DNA of 64,000 bases, taken from positions 1-64,000 of the forward strand of contig NIVC01002239.1 in the NCBI GenBank assembly GCA_002269645.1. Direction: 5' to 3'. Within the stretch, counting starts at the first letter, position 1, and every line of letters starts with the position of its first letter. This stretch comes from Macrostomum lignano. Taxonomy: Eukaryota. Positions 1-12,900 of the stretch are shown piece by piece. Below the pieces are notes generated by a model. It did no database searches and was not told where the DNA came from. It saw nothing but the letters and a program-made list of their open reading frames with translations. Position numbers and translations under genes: made by a program.

Positions 1-261
1 AGCCTACTGCTGCATGCAGGAGCGCCCCGCCTTGGCCATCAGCCCCCCAGCAGAGGACCGCAACTTGGACATATTCGACACAAGGCTCTGATCGGTTTCG
101 AGCAGCAATTTTCGAGCTCAAGGCGCGGCAGCCTTCGACCAGCAGAACGCGTCCCCGTCGTCAAAAGCTGCAAAATAGCCGATAATCCAGCGAAGAGGTT
201 CAGCAGCAGCGATAACCGACTGGCTGAGATTGAAGAGACCAGCCAGCTAGGAGAAGAAGAC

Positions 262-2845
262 ATGAGCCGGTGCGTGTCGCTGCGGGAGTCGGATTGCAAG
301 TAGAGTTTTGCTAGATCTCAGTAGATCTCTGCTAGATCTCAGTAGATTTCTGCTAGATCTCTGCTAGATCTCTGCTAGATCTCAGTAGATCTCTGCTAGA
401 TCTCAGTAGATCTCTAGATCTAGATCTCAATAGATCTCAGTTAGATCTCTGCTACATCTCAGTAGATCTCAGTAGATCTCAGTAGATCTCTGCTAGATCT
501 CAGTAGATCTCAGTAGATCTCTGCTAGATCTCAGTAGATCTCAGTAGATCTCTGCTAGATCTCAGTAGATCTCAGTAGATCTCTGCTTGGATCTCAGTAG
601 ATCTCAGTTAGATCTTGCTAGATCTCAGTAGATCTCAGTTAGATCTCTGCTAGATCTCAGTAGATCTCTGCTTGGATCTCTGCTAGATCTTAGTAGATCT
701 CTGCTTGGATCTCAGTAGGTCTGCTAGATATCTGCTGGATCTCAGTAGATCTCTGCTAGATCTCTGTAGATCTCAGGTAGAACCTAGTAGATCTTTGCTT
801 GATCTCAGGTAAATCTCAGTAGATCTCTGCTAGATCTCGATAGATATCCGCTAGATCTCATGAGCATGTATGTCGGATGAAAGCATGGATATATGAATAT
901 GATACTTAAGAAGATCTCTAGTTAGACTTCAGGTGCATCTTTGAGTAGCTGGATCTCAGATAAGCTCACTGCATGGATCCGCATAGCTTGCAGATCCACT
1001 ATTAACGACAGCATTTTTAGAAACTGAAAGAGGCAGCGAGTGGGAAAAATAAAATCAGTAGTGCAGACGCATTTCGTCAGTAGCTTGAACGCGCATGACC
1101 ACACAAATTTGGCGATAATCGGACAAAAAAGTTCATGCACTCAAACCGCGGCCCACTATTGACAGCAGCTTCCAGCAGTACAGCCGGCAGAGGGTCTCCA
1201 CCAGCAGCAGCAGCGGCGGCGGCGGCGGCTTAGGCGGCTTCGGCACCGGCCTCGCTCTACCCCGGCGAACTCATTCAATCAGCTCGGACGGCTGGGGCCG
1301 CAGCGGCGGCAGTTCCGGCTACCAGCGGCAGGTGTTCCGGCAGAGCTTCCGGCAGGCTGTAAGCTGGGATGGGGTCGGGTTGGTGTGTATCAGGGGTCGG
1401 CAAACTTTATTACCTCAAGGGCCTGATAGAGAATCCTGCTCATGGCTGCAGGCCAGATGAGTGGAAAGGAGAGGGAATGGAGGATGAGATATGAATGAAG
1501 AGAGGAGAGTCGGGAGATGGGACGTGGGAAGAGATGAGAGAAAAGATTTGAGGAGAGAAGACGGGAGAAAGAAGAGGGGAGAAAGAAGAGGAGAGAGAGA
1601 AGAGGGAGAGAGAGAGGAAAAAGAAGAGAGAGGGGAGAGAGGAGAGGGGGAGAGAATAGGAGAGAGGGGAGAGAGGAGAGAGAGGAGAGAGGAGAGGAAA
1701 GAGAGGAGAGGGGAGGAGGAGAGGGGAGAGAATAGGAGAGAGAGGAGAGAGAGGAGAGAGGAGAGGGGAGAGAGGAGAGAGGGGAGAGAGGAGAGGGGGG
1801 AGAGGAGAGGGGGAGAGAATAGGAGAGGGAGAGAGGAGAGAGGAGAGGAAAGAGAAAAGAGGGGAGAGAGGAGAGGGGAGAGAATAGGAGAGAGGGGAGA
1901 GAGGAGAGAGAGGAGAGAGGAGAGGGGAGAGAGGAGAGAGGGGAGAGAGGAGAGGGGGAGAGGAGAGGGGGAGAGAATAGGAGAGGGGAGAGGGAGAGAG
2001 GAGAGGAAAGAGAGGAGAGGGGAGAGGAGAGGGGGAGAGAATAGGAGAGAGGGGAGAGAGAGAGAGAGAGGAGAGAGGAGAGGAAAGAGAGGAGAGGGGA
2101 GAGAGGAGAGGGGAAGAGAATAGGAGAGAGGGGAGAGAGGAGAGAGGAGAGAGGAGAGGGAGAGAGGAGAGAGGGAGAGAGGAGAGGGGAGAGAGGAGAG
2201 AGGAGAGAGAGGAGAGGGGGAGAGAATAGGAGAGGGGAGAGAGGATAGGGGACAGAGGAGAGAGGGGAGAGAGGACAGAGGAGAGAGGAGAGGAAAGAGA
2301 CGAGAGGGGAGAGAGGAGAGGGAGAGAGGAGAGAGAGGAGAGGGAGAGAGGAGAGGAAAGAGAGGAGAGAGGAGAGGGGAGAGAATAGGAGAGGGGAGAG
2401 AGGAGAGAGAGGAGAGGGGAGAGGAGAGAGGGGAGAGAGGAGAGGGGAGAGAGGAGAGGGGAGAGAGGAGAGGGAGAGAGGAGAGGGGAGAGAGGAGAGG
2501 AAAGAGAGGAGAGAGAGGAGAGGGGAGAGAGGAGAGGGGAGAGAGGAGAGGGGAGAGAGGAGAGGGGAGAGAGGAGAGGGAGAGAGGAGAGGGGAGAAAG
2601 GAGAGAAGGGAGTGAAAGGGGGAGAGGGGAGCAAAAGAGAGCTGAGAAGACACAAACCTTGAGCGGGCCGGATTGCTATTGTGAAGTTTCAAAGGACCCG
2701 AGGGCCGGATGAAGAGGCTTCGCGGGTCGGAGTTTGCCGAGCCCTGGGTCTGCCTGGACCTCAAACAAGTCCACTCCTCTTTGCCAGGCGCCGCCACCTG
2801 TGCTGACGGGCGGTCGCCAGCAGTCTTTCTACTCCTACAGCAGCA

Positions 2846-2876
<31 letters not shown>

Positions 2877-4797
2877 AGGCGGCGGGGCAGGCTGGCTGCA
2901 GCACCACCGACCTCCGTCAGCCGCTCTGGGAAGCAGCGGCACCAACAGCAGGAGCTACTTTGTCACCACTGAGACGTCGTCCGCGGGCGGTGTCGGCGGC
3001 GGCGGCGGCGGTATCAGCGGACGGCAGTCGTCGGCGGGCGGCGCGTACTTCTCCGAGGGTCTGGTCATCAAGCCGGGCGGTGCGTCAGCCAGCTCGGCCA
3101 TGCTGCAGCAGCAACAGCAGCAGCAGCACCAGCAGCACCAGCAGCACCAGCAGCACCAGCAGCACCAGCAGCACCAGCAGCTGTTTCGACGCGACTCCAC
3201 AGGCAGCGTGGAGCGGGAGCTGCTGCGCTATCAGCAGCGAGACAGCGGCGGCAGCCGGCAGTATAAGGTGAATGCTACTAATTGGCTTCGCGGTATCTTT
3301 AGACCCGAGTAGGCTGATGCATTCACGGCCAGAGCTGCTGTAAGTTAAGCAGAACTGGCTGTGGTTAGTATCTAGAATTGCGTCTGAATGGCCGCATCTA
3401 GAGAACCAATCTAGAGTCGAGCCGTGAAATCCGCGGTTATCATTGTGAACCGGCTTCCTCCCCCCACACGCCCGTCAGGTGGAGGCCCGGCAGCCGGACG
3501 AGAACGTGCACTCCGAGGGCTTCCTAGTTCAGCGCCGGTCCATCGGTCGCTGGGGCGGCGGCGACGGCGGCGGCATCGCCAGCCGGGAGCAGCGGACGGC
3601 CATCAGCGAACAAGAGGAGCAGCAGAGATTTCAGCGACAGCAGAACGCCGACTACCCGGTGCTGAAGGTGCACCAGCCCTACAAGATGAAGTTTCTCATG
3701 AGCAAGGAGGCTCCGCCCGCAGTGTACAGCAGCGGCAGCGCCGAAGAGTCCTCGGTCAGAGAGAGGTTCGCCAGCGACCTGTACCGCGGCCGGCACGGCA
3801 GGCAGAGCGTCGTCGGTGGCTTCGGCGGCGACGGTGGCGCCGTCCGACAGTTCAGCCAGCAGCGGTTCATCTATGGCGCCAGAGCCGAGTCGCCAGAGGC
3901 ATCGGCGATCGTCCAGACCCATACAAAGACATCGGACAACTACGGCGGCACCATCAGGGAGGGCACCATTCAGCAGCATCTGGCCACGGAGAAGTCGGCC
4001 GGGTTCAAGGACGACGAGCTGGAGGCGGCGCTGAGCAGGCTGGAGCTGAGCGAAGGCGGCCAGCGGGATGAGGAGACTACAGAGACTAAAACAACAAAGA
4101 CTACGACACAGACTGTGCAGAGCGGCGAGTCCAAGGAGACGTCGGCGGCGGCGGCAGCTGCTGCACTGAAGCGCAAGCAGTCCACCATGTCGCGGGTGTC
4201 GGTGCAGAACGACAAGGAGGAGGAGGAGGTCAGCTACTTCATGGACGGCGACCGGCTGAGGAAGCGGGTGAAGCGACGCCGCTACGCGGATGGCAAGCTG
4301 GTGAACGAGAAGGAAGAGGTGGCCAGCCTGACGGAGGCCGAGCAGCGGGAGATCAGCGAGCACCGCAGCCAGTGGCAGTGGAGCAGCAGCGGCGGCGGCG
4401 CGCCGGCAGCAGCAGCAGCAGCAAGACAGTCGTTGTCACAGAAGACGGGAACCGCGCCGTCCGGCGCCCCAAGAAGCGCCGCTGCGCCTGCTGCTACCCG
4501 CGGCACAAGCGCTACAAATCGGTGCCAGAGACGGCCCAGCCGCAGCAGCAGCAGGCAGCGGCCCAGCAGTCCAGCTGGAGCAGCCGGCGCGGCCCCGACG
4601 GCGCCGTGATCACCGAGACAACGACTACGACAACGACGGCGAACGGTGGCTCCGTCACGGAGACAAGGACGAGAAAACAGAAATCGAAAAGCGGCGGCTG
4701 CTGCGGCCGGAAGAAGCGGAACAGCTGGCGGGCTGAGCAGCAGAACGGAGCCGGGGCTGCGAGTCAGCCGGTTGTCACCTTTGATGAGCGCAGGTAG
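262..4797 (+). CDS. Low-complexity Ser/Gly/Gln-rich orphan protein, about 655 aa, 4 exons, one apparent 1-nt frameshift near 4400
   Basis: Phase-compatible exons 262-269 (ATG AGC CG|gtgcgt), 1166-1358, 2821-3267 and 3479-4797, with GT-AG ends. ORF 3479 switches to ORF 4372 inside a (GGC)n run, restoring SGGGGAGSSSSSKTVVVTE. Frame 1 is open to position 1, so the start could lie upstream. No recognisable domain. Confidence 0.6.
301..860. repeat. Minisatellite of 10/11-bp units (CTCAGTAGAT / CTCTGCTAGAT) with an AGATCT core, in intron 1 of the orphan gene
   Basis: Directly visible tandem units. Confidence 0.9.
1485..2640. repeat. Homopurine (AGAGG/GGAGA)-type repeat, in intron 2 of the orphan gene
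   Basis: About 1.15 kb almost exclusively A/G on the + strand; explains the S/P/L and E/R/G pseudo-ORFs. Confidence 0.95.
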
Positions 4798-5091
4798 ACG
4801 GACGCGAGCAGATTGGACTGACCATTAAATTGTTATAATCGGTAATGGTTGCATACGCTCGTAACAATACTGCTTATTGAGTTTTTATCAATGCGCGTCA
4901 GCTGATCAGGCTAAAATTATACGCGGCCAATAGCTATATTAGCTAGCTCGTATATTGTTTATGGCTTCTACAAATATAATTAATTATTGATGATTATTGT
5001 GCTCCAAATATCACGGGAACTCCGACACAGCCTTAAAAGCTTCCAATTTTCACTACTGTGTATCTTGTGTGACTCGTCTGTTACGGTAAAT

Positions 5092-5718
5092 AAGAACACA
5101 ATGATGCGGTCCAGTTATCCCAACTACAATCGAAAACACAATGATGCGGTCCAGTTATCCCAACTACAATCGGTGAACACAATGATGCGGTCCAGTTATC
5201 CCAACTACAATCGGTGAACACAATGATGCGGTCCAGTTATCCCAACTACAATCGGTGAACACAATGATGCGGTCCAGTTATCCCAACTACAATCGGTGAA
5301 CACAATGATGCGGTCCAGTTATCCCAACTACAATCGGTGAACACAATGATGCGGTCCAGTTATCCCAACTACAATCGGTGAACACAATGATGCGGTCCAG
5401 TTATCCCAACTACAATCGAGAACACAATGATGCGGTCCAGTTATCCCAACTACAATCGAGAACACAATGATGCGGTCCAGTTATCCCAACTACAATCGGT
5501 GAACACAATGATGCGGTCCAGTTATCCCAACTACAATCGAGAACACAATGATGCGGTCCAGTTATCCCAACTACAATCGAGAACACAATGATGCGGTCCA
5601 GTTATCCCAACTACAATCGGTGAACACAATGATGCGGTCCAGTTATCCCAACTACAATCGAGAACACAATGATGCGGTTCAGTTATCCCAACTACAATCG
5701 TGAACACAATGATGCGGT
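5092..5718. repeat. 40/41-bp tandem repeat (GAACACAATGATGCGGTCCAGTTATCCCAACTACAATCGGT), about 15 copies
   Basis: Directly visible, between two convergent genes. Confidence 0.95.
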
Positions 5719-6905
5719 CCCGTGTACGAGTGTTAGTGTACACGCATCATTAAGTCTAAATTGTAGGTAAATCCCTGATTATTTGGCTTGCATCATTTCT
5801 AATTTGTATCTTTCGAATGAAACATACGAACTAGCCTAAAATATTAATTAAATATTCGGTTTCACAAAATAATTTAGAAACTCGAACAGCAGCCGTCTTC
5901 TTTCATTAACCATATAATGCCACTGTAAATATGAATGGCAATATTCGCCAGCTAATAATATTAGTAGTTGATTACTGCCTTGTGCATTCCATGCCTGTTG
6001 TAAAAAAGTTTATTTAATATAAAAATTATCTAAGGAATTTATGACAGGCGGACAGCCGTAGCGAATGCGGTCGAGGTTTTTTAAAGTGCGCTTTGGGATG
6101 AGTGGGGGGGACAACAAAAATGACAACAAATAAATGAATTAAATATTCGATGCGAGAAAAGATCAAATAAACAGCTTTGTGACCAATTAATTAATAATTA
6201 ATCATTTACTGACGCTGAAAAAGTCATGGCTGTGACACTTGGGGAGTAAACAACACAATCACCAGAGTTAGTAGTATAGATAGATTATCAACTGAGTAGT
6301 TGTAGCGAATCTGATTTGGTAATTCGTGAGAATAATGCGACGAAAATTGATTGAACCATATGGCTAGCAAATCAGGCAGAAATTCTACAAAAAAAGAAGA
6401 CAGAAAAGCAAAAAGCAGAACAGCGGCTAGCGACTAAAATTTGGTTAGACAGGAGAAAAAAGCAGAAATGTTCCTGAAACACGGCAAAATGGAATTTTTT
6501 TAAATTAAGGTTATTGTTGGCAAAATTATTTTTTGCGTCGAAATTTAGGATTAAACATTTGTTAACATACTACTGTGAAAAATCACACGAATCTTTTTAA
6601 TGAATAAGCAATAATACGGCAAATAAAACAGAATCGTAAATTAGTAAAAAACTGGCGGCTTCATAAAAAATTCGTTTAACTGAGAAAATAATTAATAGAG
6701 AGCTAACTAGAGGGGAAATTTTTATCGTTAAAAATGTTCATGTCGCGATATACTTTCCATACTACTCAGGCCAAGCAATAGTAGTCACCTTTGCTTATGC
6801 CTGCCTTAATATATTTTTCTCTCGGAGAAAACGGGCTGTAAAATTATTTTTTTCAACTCCCAGAAAAATGTCCTGTTTCTTAGAAAACAAATCGATCAGT
6901 CAGCT

Positions 6906-9900
6906 TCACCACAGGCTGCCTGAGCTGGCACCGCCGGGCGGCTGGTGCGTCCGGATGCCGCTCCTGGCCGGCTTGGTGTCGTCGAACTGGGCGCCGGACA
7001 GGCTGAACGAGCTCTCCTGCATGTGGCGCCCGCCGCCCCGGGTTGGCGGCCTGTGGAAGACGTTCTCTGCGGCCGCCTCCGGGCCGCCGCCGCCGCCAGC
7101 GGCTCCCGGCTGCTCCTTGGCCGCCGCCTTCTGGCGCTCCTGCTCGGCCTTCAAATCGATGACCGGACCGTCGTAGGCGTCCCTAGCAACCGCCACGGTG
7201 CCGGCGGACTTGGCAGCCTCGCGCTTCTCCAACCGGTTGTAAACGTAGGGCGGGAAGGCCGGCATCGGCACGAAGCGGCCGGCGCCCTGCGTGACCTTCA
7301 GCTGGCGCTCGTCAACCACGAGGCGGCCGCCGCTAATAACGAACTCGGCGATGCCGTGGCACACCATGCCTTCGAATATGTTGAAGTCCACGTTCTGGTG
7401 GTGCGTCTTGGCCGAGATGGTCCTGCGAGTGTGCATTCGGATGATGATACAGTTTCATGCTTTCGCAAATAAAGTCCACTTGGCTTTCTTATGGTTATAG
7501 AAATTAGCAATGAAAATCCCCCCAACTTGCACAACATGGAGAATACTCAATGGAAAATCATCAACTTGCAAATATGGAAAATCTTCAATAGAAAATCCCC
7601 AACTTGTACAATATGGAAAATCCTCAATGGAAAATCCCCAACCCGCACAATATGGAAAATCCTCAATGGAAAATCATCAACTTGCAAATATGGAAAATCT
7701 TCAATAGAAAATCCCCAACTTGCAAAATATGGAAAATCTTCAATGGAAAATCCCCAACTTGCACAATATGGAAAATCCTCAATGGAAAATCCCCAACCCG
7801 CACAATATGGAAAATCCTCAATGGAAAATCCCCAACTTGCACAATATGGAAAATCCTCAATGGAAAATCTCCAACTTGCACAATATGGAAAATCCTCAAT
7901 GGAAAATCCCCAACTTGCAAAATATGGAAAATCCTCAATGGAAAATCCCCAACTTGCAAAATATGGAAAATCCTCAATGGAAAATCCCCAACCTGCACAA
8001 TATGGAAAATCTTCAATGGAAAATCCCCAACCTGCACAATATGGAAAATCCTCAATGGAAAATCCCCAACCCGCACAATATGGAAAATCCTCAATGGAAA
8101 ATCCCCAACTTGCACAATATGGAAAATCCTCAATGGAAAATCCCCAACTTGCAAAATATGGAAAATCCTCAATGGAAAATCCCCAACCTGCACAATATGG
8201 AAAATCTTCAATGGAAAATCCCCAACCTGCACAATATGGAAAATCCTCAATGGAAAATCCCCAACCCGCACAATATGGAAAATCCTCAATGGAAAATCCC
8301 CAACTTGCACAATATGGAAAATCCTCAATGGAAAATCCCCAACTTGCACAATATGAAAAATCCTCAATGGAAAATCCCCCAACTTGCACAATATGAAAAA
8401 TCCTCAATGGAAAATCCCCAAACCAAGAAGTCCTCAAGCCTCACCTGGTCTCCTTGGCATTCCAGACCACAATGTCGGCATCGGATCCCACAGCGATGCG
8501 GCCCTTCTGCGGGTACAGGTTGAACACCTTGGCAGCGTTGGTCGAGGTGGCGGCCACGAACTGGCAGGGGTCCAGGATGCCGGTCTCCACGCCCTTCTCC
8601 CACAGCACGCTCATCCGGTCCTCCACGCCGTTGACTCCGTTGGGGATTCGGCGGAAGTCGTCTTTGCCCAGCGCCTTCTGGTCGGCCTTGAACACGCAGT
8701 GATCGGTGCCCGTGCAGGTCAGCTCGCCCGTGGCCAGCATGCGCCACAGGCGCTCCTTGGTGCTGGGGTCGCGCAGCGGCGGGCTGAGCACGTGACCGGC
8801 GGCGTGACGCCAGCAGGTGTGCTGAAGGAGGGATGGTGGGAGATGCCAGTTGGCTCAATGGGGAGTTGCTGAGATGCCAGTTGGCTCAATGGGGAGTTGC
8901 TGAGATGCCAGTTGGCTCAATGGGGAGTTGCTGAGATGCCAGTTGGCTCAATGGGGAGTTGCTGAGATGCCAGTTGGCTCAATGGGGAGTTGCTGAGATG
9001 CCAGTTGGCTCAATGGGGAGTTGCTGAGATGCCAGTCGGCTCAATGGGGAGTTGCTGAGATGCCAGTTGGCTCAATGGGGAGCTGCTGAGATGCCAATTG
9101 ACTCAATGGGGAGTTGCTGAGATACCAGTTGGCTCAATGGGGAGTTGCTGAGATGCCAGTTGGCTCAATGGGGAGCTGCTGAGATGCCAGTTGGCTCAAT
9201 GGGGATTTGGGAAGGCACAGAGAGTGTACATGCCTGATGATTAGAAAGTCAGGGCCGCTGTGTACACTCTGTGTGAGCGTGTGTACAGCATCTGCTGTTA
9301 ATATTAATTTTTCGCTCTGCTACTGTCAGTAATGCAATAGAAAATTGATAACAGACCAGAACATTCCCATAGCCAAACCTGATAGCTGGAGTTGTCACAG
9401 GCCAGCCCGGCGGCGATGGGCTCGCCGTAGCAGACCTGGCCACGCCGGCGCGCCTTGGAAATGGCCTCGCCGGCCTCGGCGCTCATCACGTGCACCACAT
9501 AGAGCGGGCAGTTGGCCTCGTCAGCTATGGCCAGCGCGCGCGTAGTGGCCTCGATCTCCATGGCCTCCGGGCGGGAGTAAGAGTGACCCTCTGGCCCGCG
9601 GATTCCGTCAGCGACCAGTTGTTCGGCTTTGCGCTCGATAATCTGGTTGGGGGAGGGTGGGGAGCGGATTAGCGAGGAGCGGGATGACAGTATTGGAAAT
9701 CGATACAGGCTTTACTGTCAAGATGAACTGCGCTACTGGGGGAGATGACTAAGAGACTGGTTTATTTTGAGACAGGGAGAGAGGGAGATGAAGACGGAGA
9801 GAGGGAGATAAAGGCAGAGACAGGGGGATGGAGACGAAGAGGTAGAAAGAGATGGAGAGAGGGAGATGGAGACGGAGACAGGGAGATGGAGACGGAGACA

Positions 9901-12900
9901 GGGAGATAGAGACAGAGAGAGGGAGATGGAGACGGAGAGAGGGAGATGGAGACGGAGACAGGGAGATAGAGACGGAGAGAGGGAGATGGAGACGGAGAGA
10001 GGGAGATGGAGACGGAGAGAGGGAGATGGAGACGGAGACAGGGAGATAGAGACGGAGAGAGGGAGATGGAGACGGAGACAGGGAGATGGAGACGGAGACA
10101 GGGAGATGGAGACGGAGAGAGGGAGATGGAGACGGAGAGAGGGAGATGGAGACGGAGAGAGGGAGATGGAGACGGAGACAGGGAGATAGAGACGGAGAGA
10201 GGGAGATGGAGACGGAGACAGGGAGATGGAGACGGAGACAGGGAGATAGAGACGGAGAGAGGGAGATGGAGACGGAGAGAGGGAGATGGAGACGGAGACA
10301 GGGAAGTGGAGACGGAGAGAGGGAGATAGAGACAGAGAGAGGGAGATAGAGACGGAGAGAGGGAGATGGAGACGGAGACAGGGAGATAGAGACGGAGACA
10401 GGGAGATAGAGACGGAGACAGGGAGATAGAGACGGAGACAGGGAGATAGAGACGGAGACAGGGAGATGGAGACGGAGACAGGGAGATAGAGACGGAGACA
10501 GGGAGATGGAGACGAAAACAGGGAGATAGAGACGAAAACAGGGAGATAGAGACGGAGACAGGGAGATGGAGACGAAAACAGGGAGATAGAGACGAAAACA
10601 GGGAGATAGAGACGGAGACAGGGAGATGGAGACGAAAACAGGGAGATAGAGACGGAGACAGGGAGATGGAGACGAAAACAGGGAGATAGAGACGAAAACA
10701 GGGAGATAGAGACGGAGAGAGGGAGATGGAGACGGAGACAGGGAGATAGAGACGGAGACAGGGAGATGGAGACGGAGACAGGGAGATGGAGACGGAGAGA
10801 GGGAGATAGAGACAGAGAGAGGGAGATGGAGACGGAGAGAGGGAGATGGAGACGGAGACAGGGAAGTGGAGACGGAGAGAGGGAGATAGAGACAGAGAGA
10901 GGGAGATAGAGACGGAGAGAGGGAGATGGAGACGGAGACAGGGAGATAGAGACGGAGACAGGGAGATAGAGACGGAGACAGGGAGATAGAGACGGAGACA
11001 GGGAGATAGAGACGGAGACAGGGAGATGGAGACGGAGACAGGGAGATAGAGACGGAGACAGGGAGATAGAGACGGAGACAGGGAGATGGAGACGAAAACA
11101 GGGAGATAGAGACGGAGACAGGGAGATGGAGACGAAAACAGGGAGATAGAGACGGAGACAGGGAGATGGAGACGAAAACAGGGAGATAGAGACGAAAACA
11201 GGGAGATAGAGACGGAGACAGGGAGATGGAGACGAAAACAGGGAGATAGAGACGGAGACAGGGAGATGGAGACGAAAACAGGGAGATAGAGACGGAGACA
11301 GGGAGATGGAGACGAAAACAGGGAGATAGAGACGAAAACAGGGAGATAGAGACGGAGACAGGGAGATGGAGACGAAAACAGGGAGATAGAGACGAAAACA
11401 GGGAGATAGAGACGGAGAGAGGGAGATGGAGACGGAGACAGGGAGATAGAGACGGAGACAGGGAGATGGAGACGGAGACAGGGAGATGGAGACGGAGAGA
11501 GGGAGATAGAGACAGAGAGAGGGAGATGGAGACGGAGAGAGGGAGATGGAGACGGAGACAGGGAAGTGGAGACGGAGAGAGGGAGATAGAGACAGAGAGA
11601 GGGAGATAGAGACGGAGAGAGGGAGATGGAGACGGAGACAGGGAGATAGAGACGGAGACAGGGAGATAGAGACGGAGACAGGGAGATAGAGACGGAGACA
11701 GGGAGATAGAGACGGAGACAGGGAGATGGAGACGGAGACAGGGAGATAGAGACGGAGACAGGGAGATAGAGACGGAGACAGGGAGATGGAGACGAAAACA
11801 GGGAGATAGAGACGGAGACAGGGAGATGGAGACGAAAACAGGGAGATAGAGACGGAGACAGGGAGATGGAGACGAAAACAGGGAGATAGAGACGAAAACA
11901 GGGAGATAGAGACGGAGACAGGGAGATGGAGACGAAAACAGGGAGATAGAGACGGAGACAGGGAGATGGAGACGAAAACAGGGAGATAGAGACGGAGACA
12001 GGGAGATGGAGACGAAAACAGGGAGATAGAGACGAAAACAGGGAGATAGAGACGGAGACAGGGAGATGGAGACGAAAACAGGGAGATAGAGACGGAGACA
12101 GGGAGATGGAGACGAAAACAGGGAGATGGAGACGAAAACAGGGAGATAGAGACGGAGACAGGGAGGCAGAGACGGAGAAACGGAAAGGTAGATACTCGTA
12201 GAGACGGAGAGGATAGGGAAGAGAAGGAGATAAGATGGAGATACAGATGGGAGAGAGGAGACAGGCAGGTGCAAAAGCCGCTTACCTTGCCATTCTCAGC
12301 GTGCACCTGAGCCACAGCGCCCAGCTTCCGGCAAGCCTGAAACACATTGAGCATCTCGTCATCCTCCAGCAGGAAGACATTCCTGTAGGCCATGAAGCAC
12401 TTGAACGAGTTGATGCCTTTCTCCTTCACCAGGGTGGCCATCTCGTTGGCGGTCTTGTCGCCCCACTGCGGCACGATCACGTGCAGGCCGTAGTCGCAGC
12501 AGACTTTCTCGTCCGCCCAGGTCCGGTACTTGTTGTACCAGTCCATCAGAGAGTCGCCGCGCGGGCAGGCCACGAAGTCGATGATCATTGTGGTGCCGCC
12601 GGCCAGGGCAGCCCGAGTGCCAGTGTAGAAATCGTCCGCCGAATGCGTGCCCATGAAGGGCATCTGCATGTGCGTGTGCGGGTCGATGCCGCCTGGGGGG
12701 GGGGACAGGGATGATGGCAAGGAGTTCGAATTTTTATTGAATTTTGAGAACCATGCTATTGTGTATACTGGGGTCACGCAAGGTCAACTTCAATATGCTT
12801 CATAAAGATACTGTATATAGGGGTCACCTGAAGACAACTACAATAAGCCAGATACTGAATAGTAAGGTCATGTCAGGTCAATCAAACTATGCTAGAGACT

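Noticed and set aside
1390-2797. Long S/P/L-rich and E/R/G-rich ORFs
   Set aside because: Translations of the homopurine intron repeat.
3424-4506. Alternative-frame and antisense ORFs over the orphan gene
   Set aside because: Shadow ORFs of GC-rich coding sequence.
5092-5718. CRISPR-like appearance of regular 41-bp units
   Set aside because: Contiguous tandem repeats with no unique spacers, in a eukaryotic context with no cas genes.
7491-8523. Several 240-300 aa ORFs with 13-aa repeats on both strands
   Set aside because: 39-bp unit is a multiple of 3 and largely stop-free; lies within DPYS intron 4 with canonical splice sites.
9733-12777. 1014-aa ORF
   Set aside because: Only 12286-12692 is DPYS exon 2; the rest is read-through into the 20-bp minisatellite.
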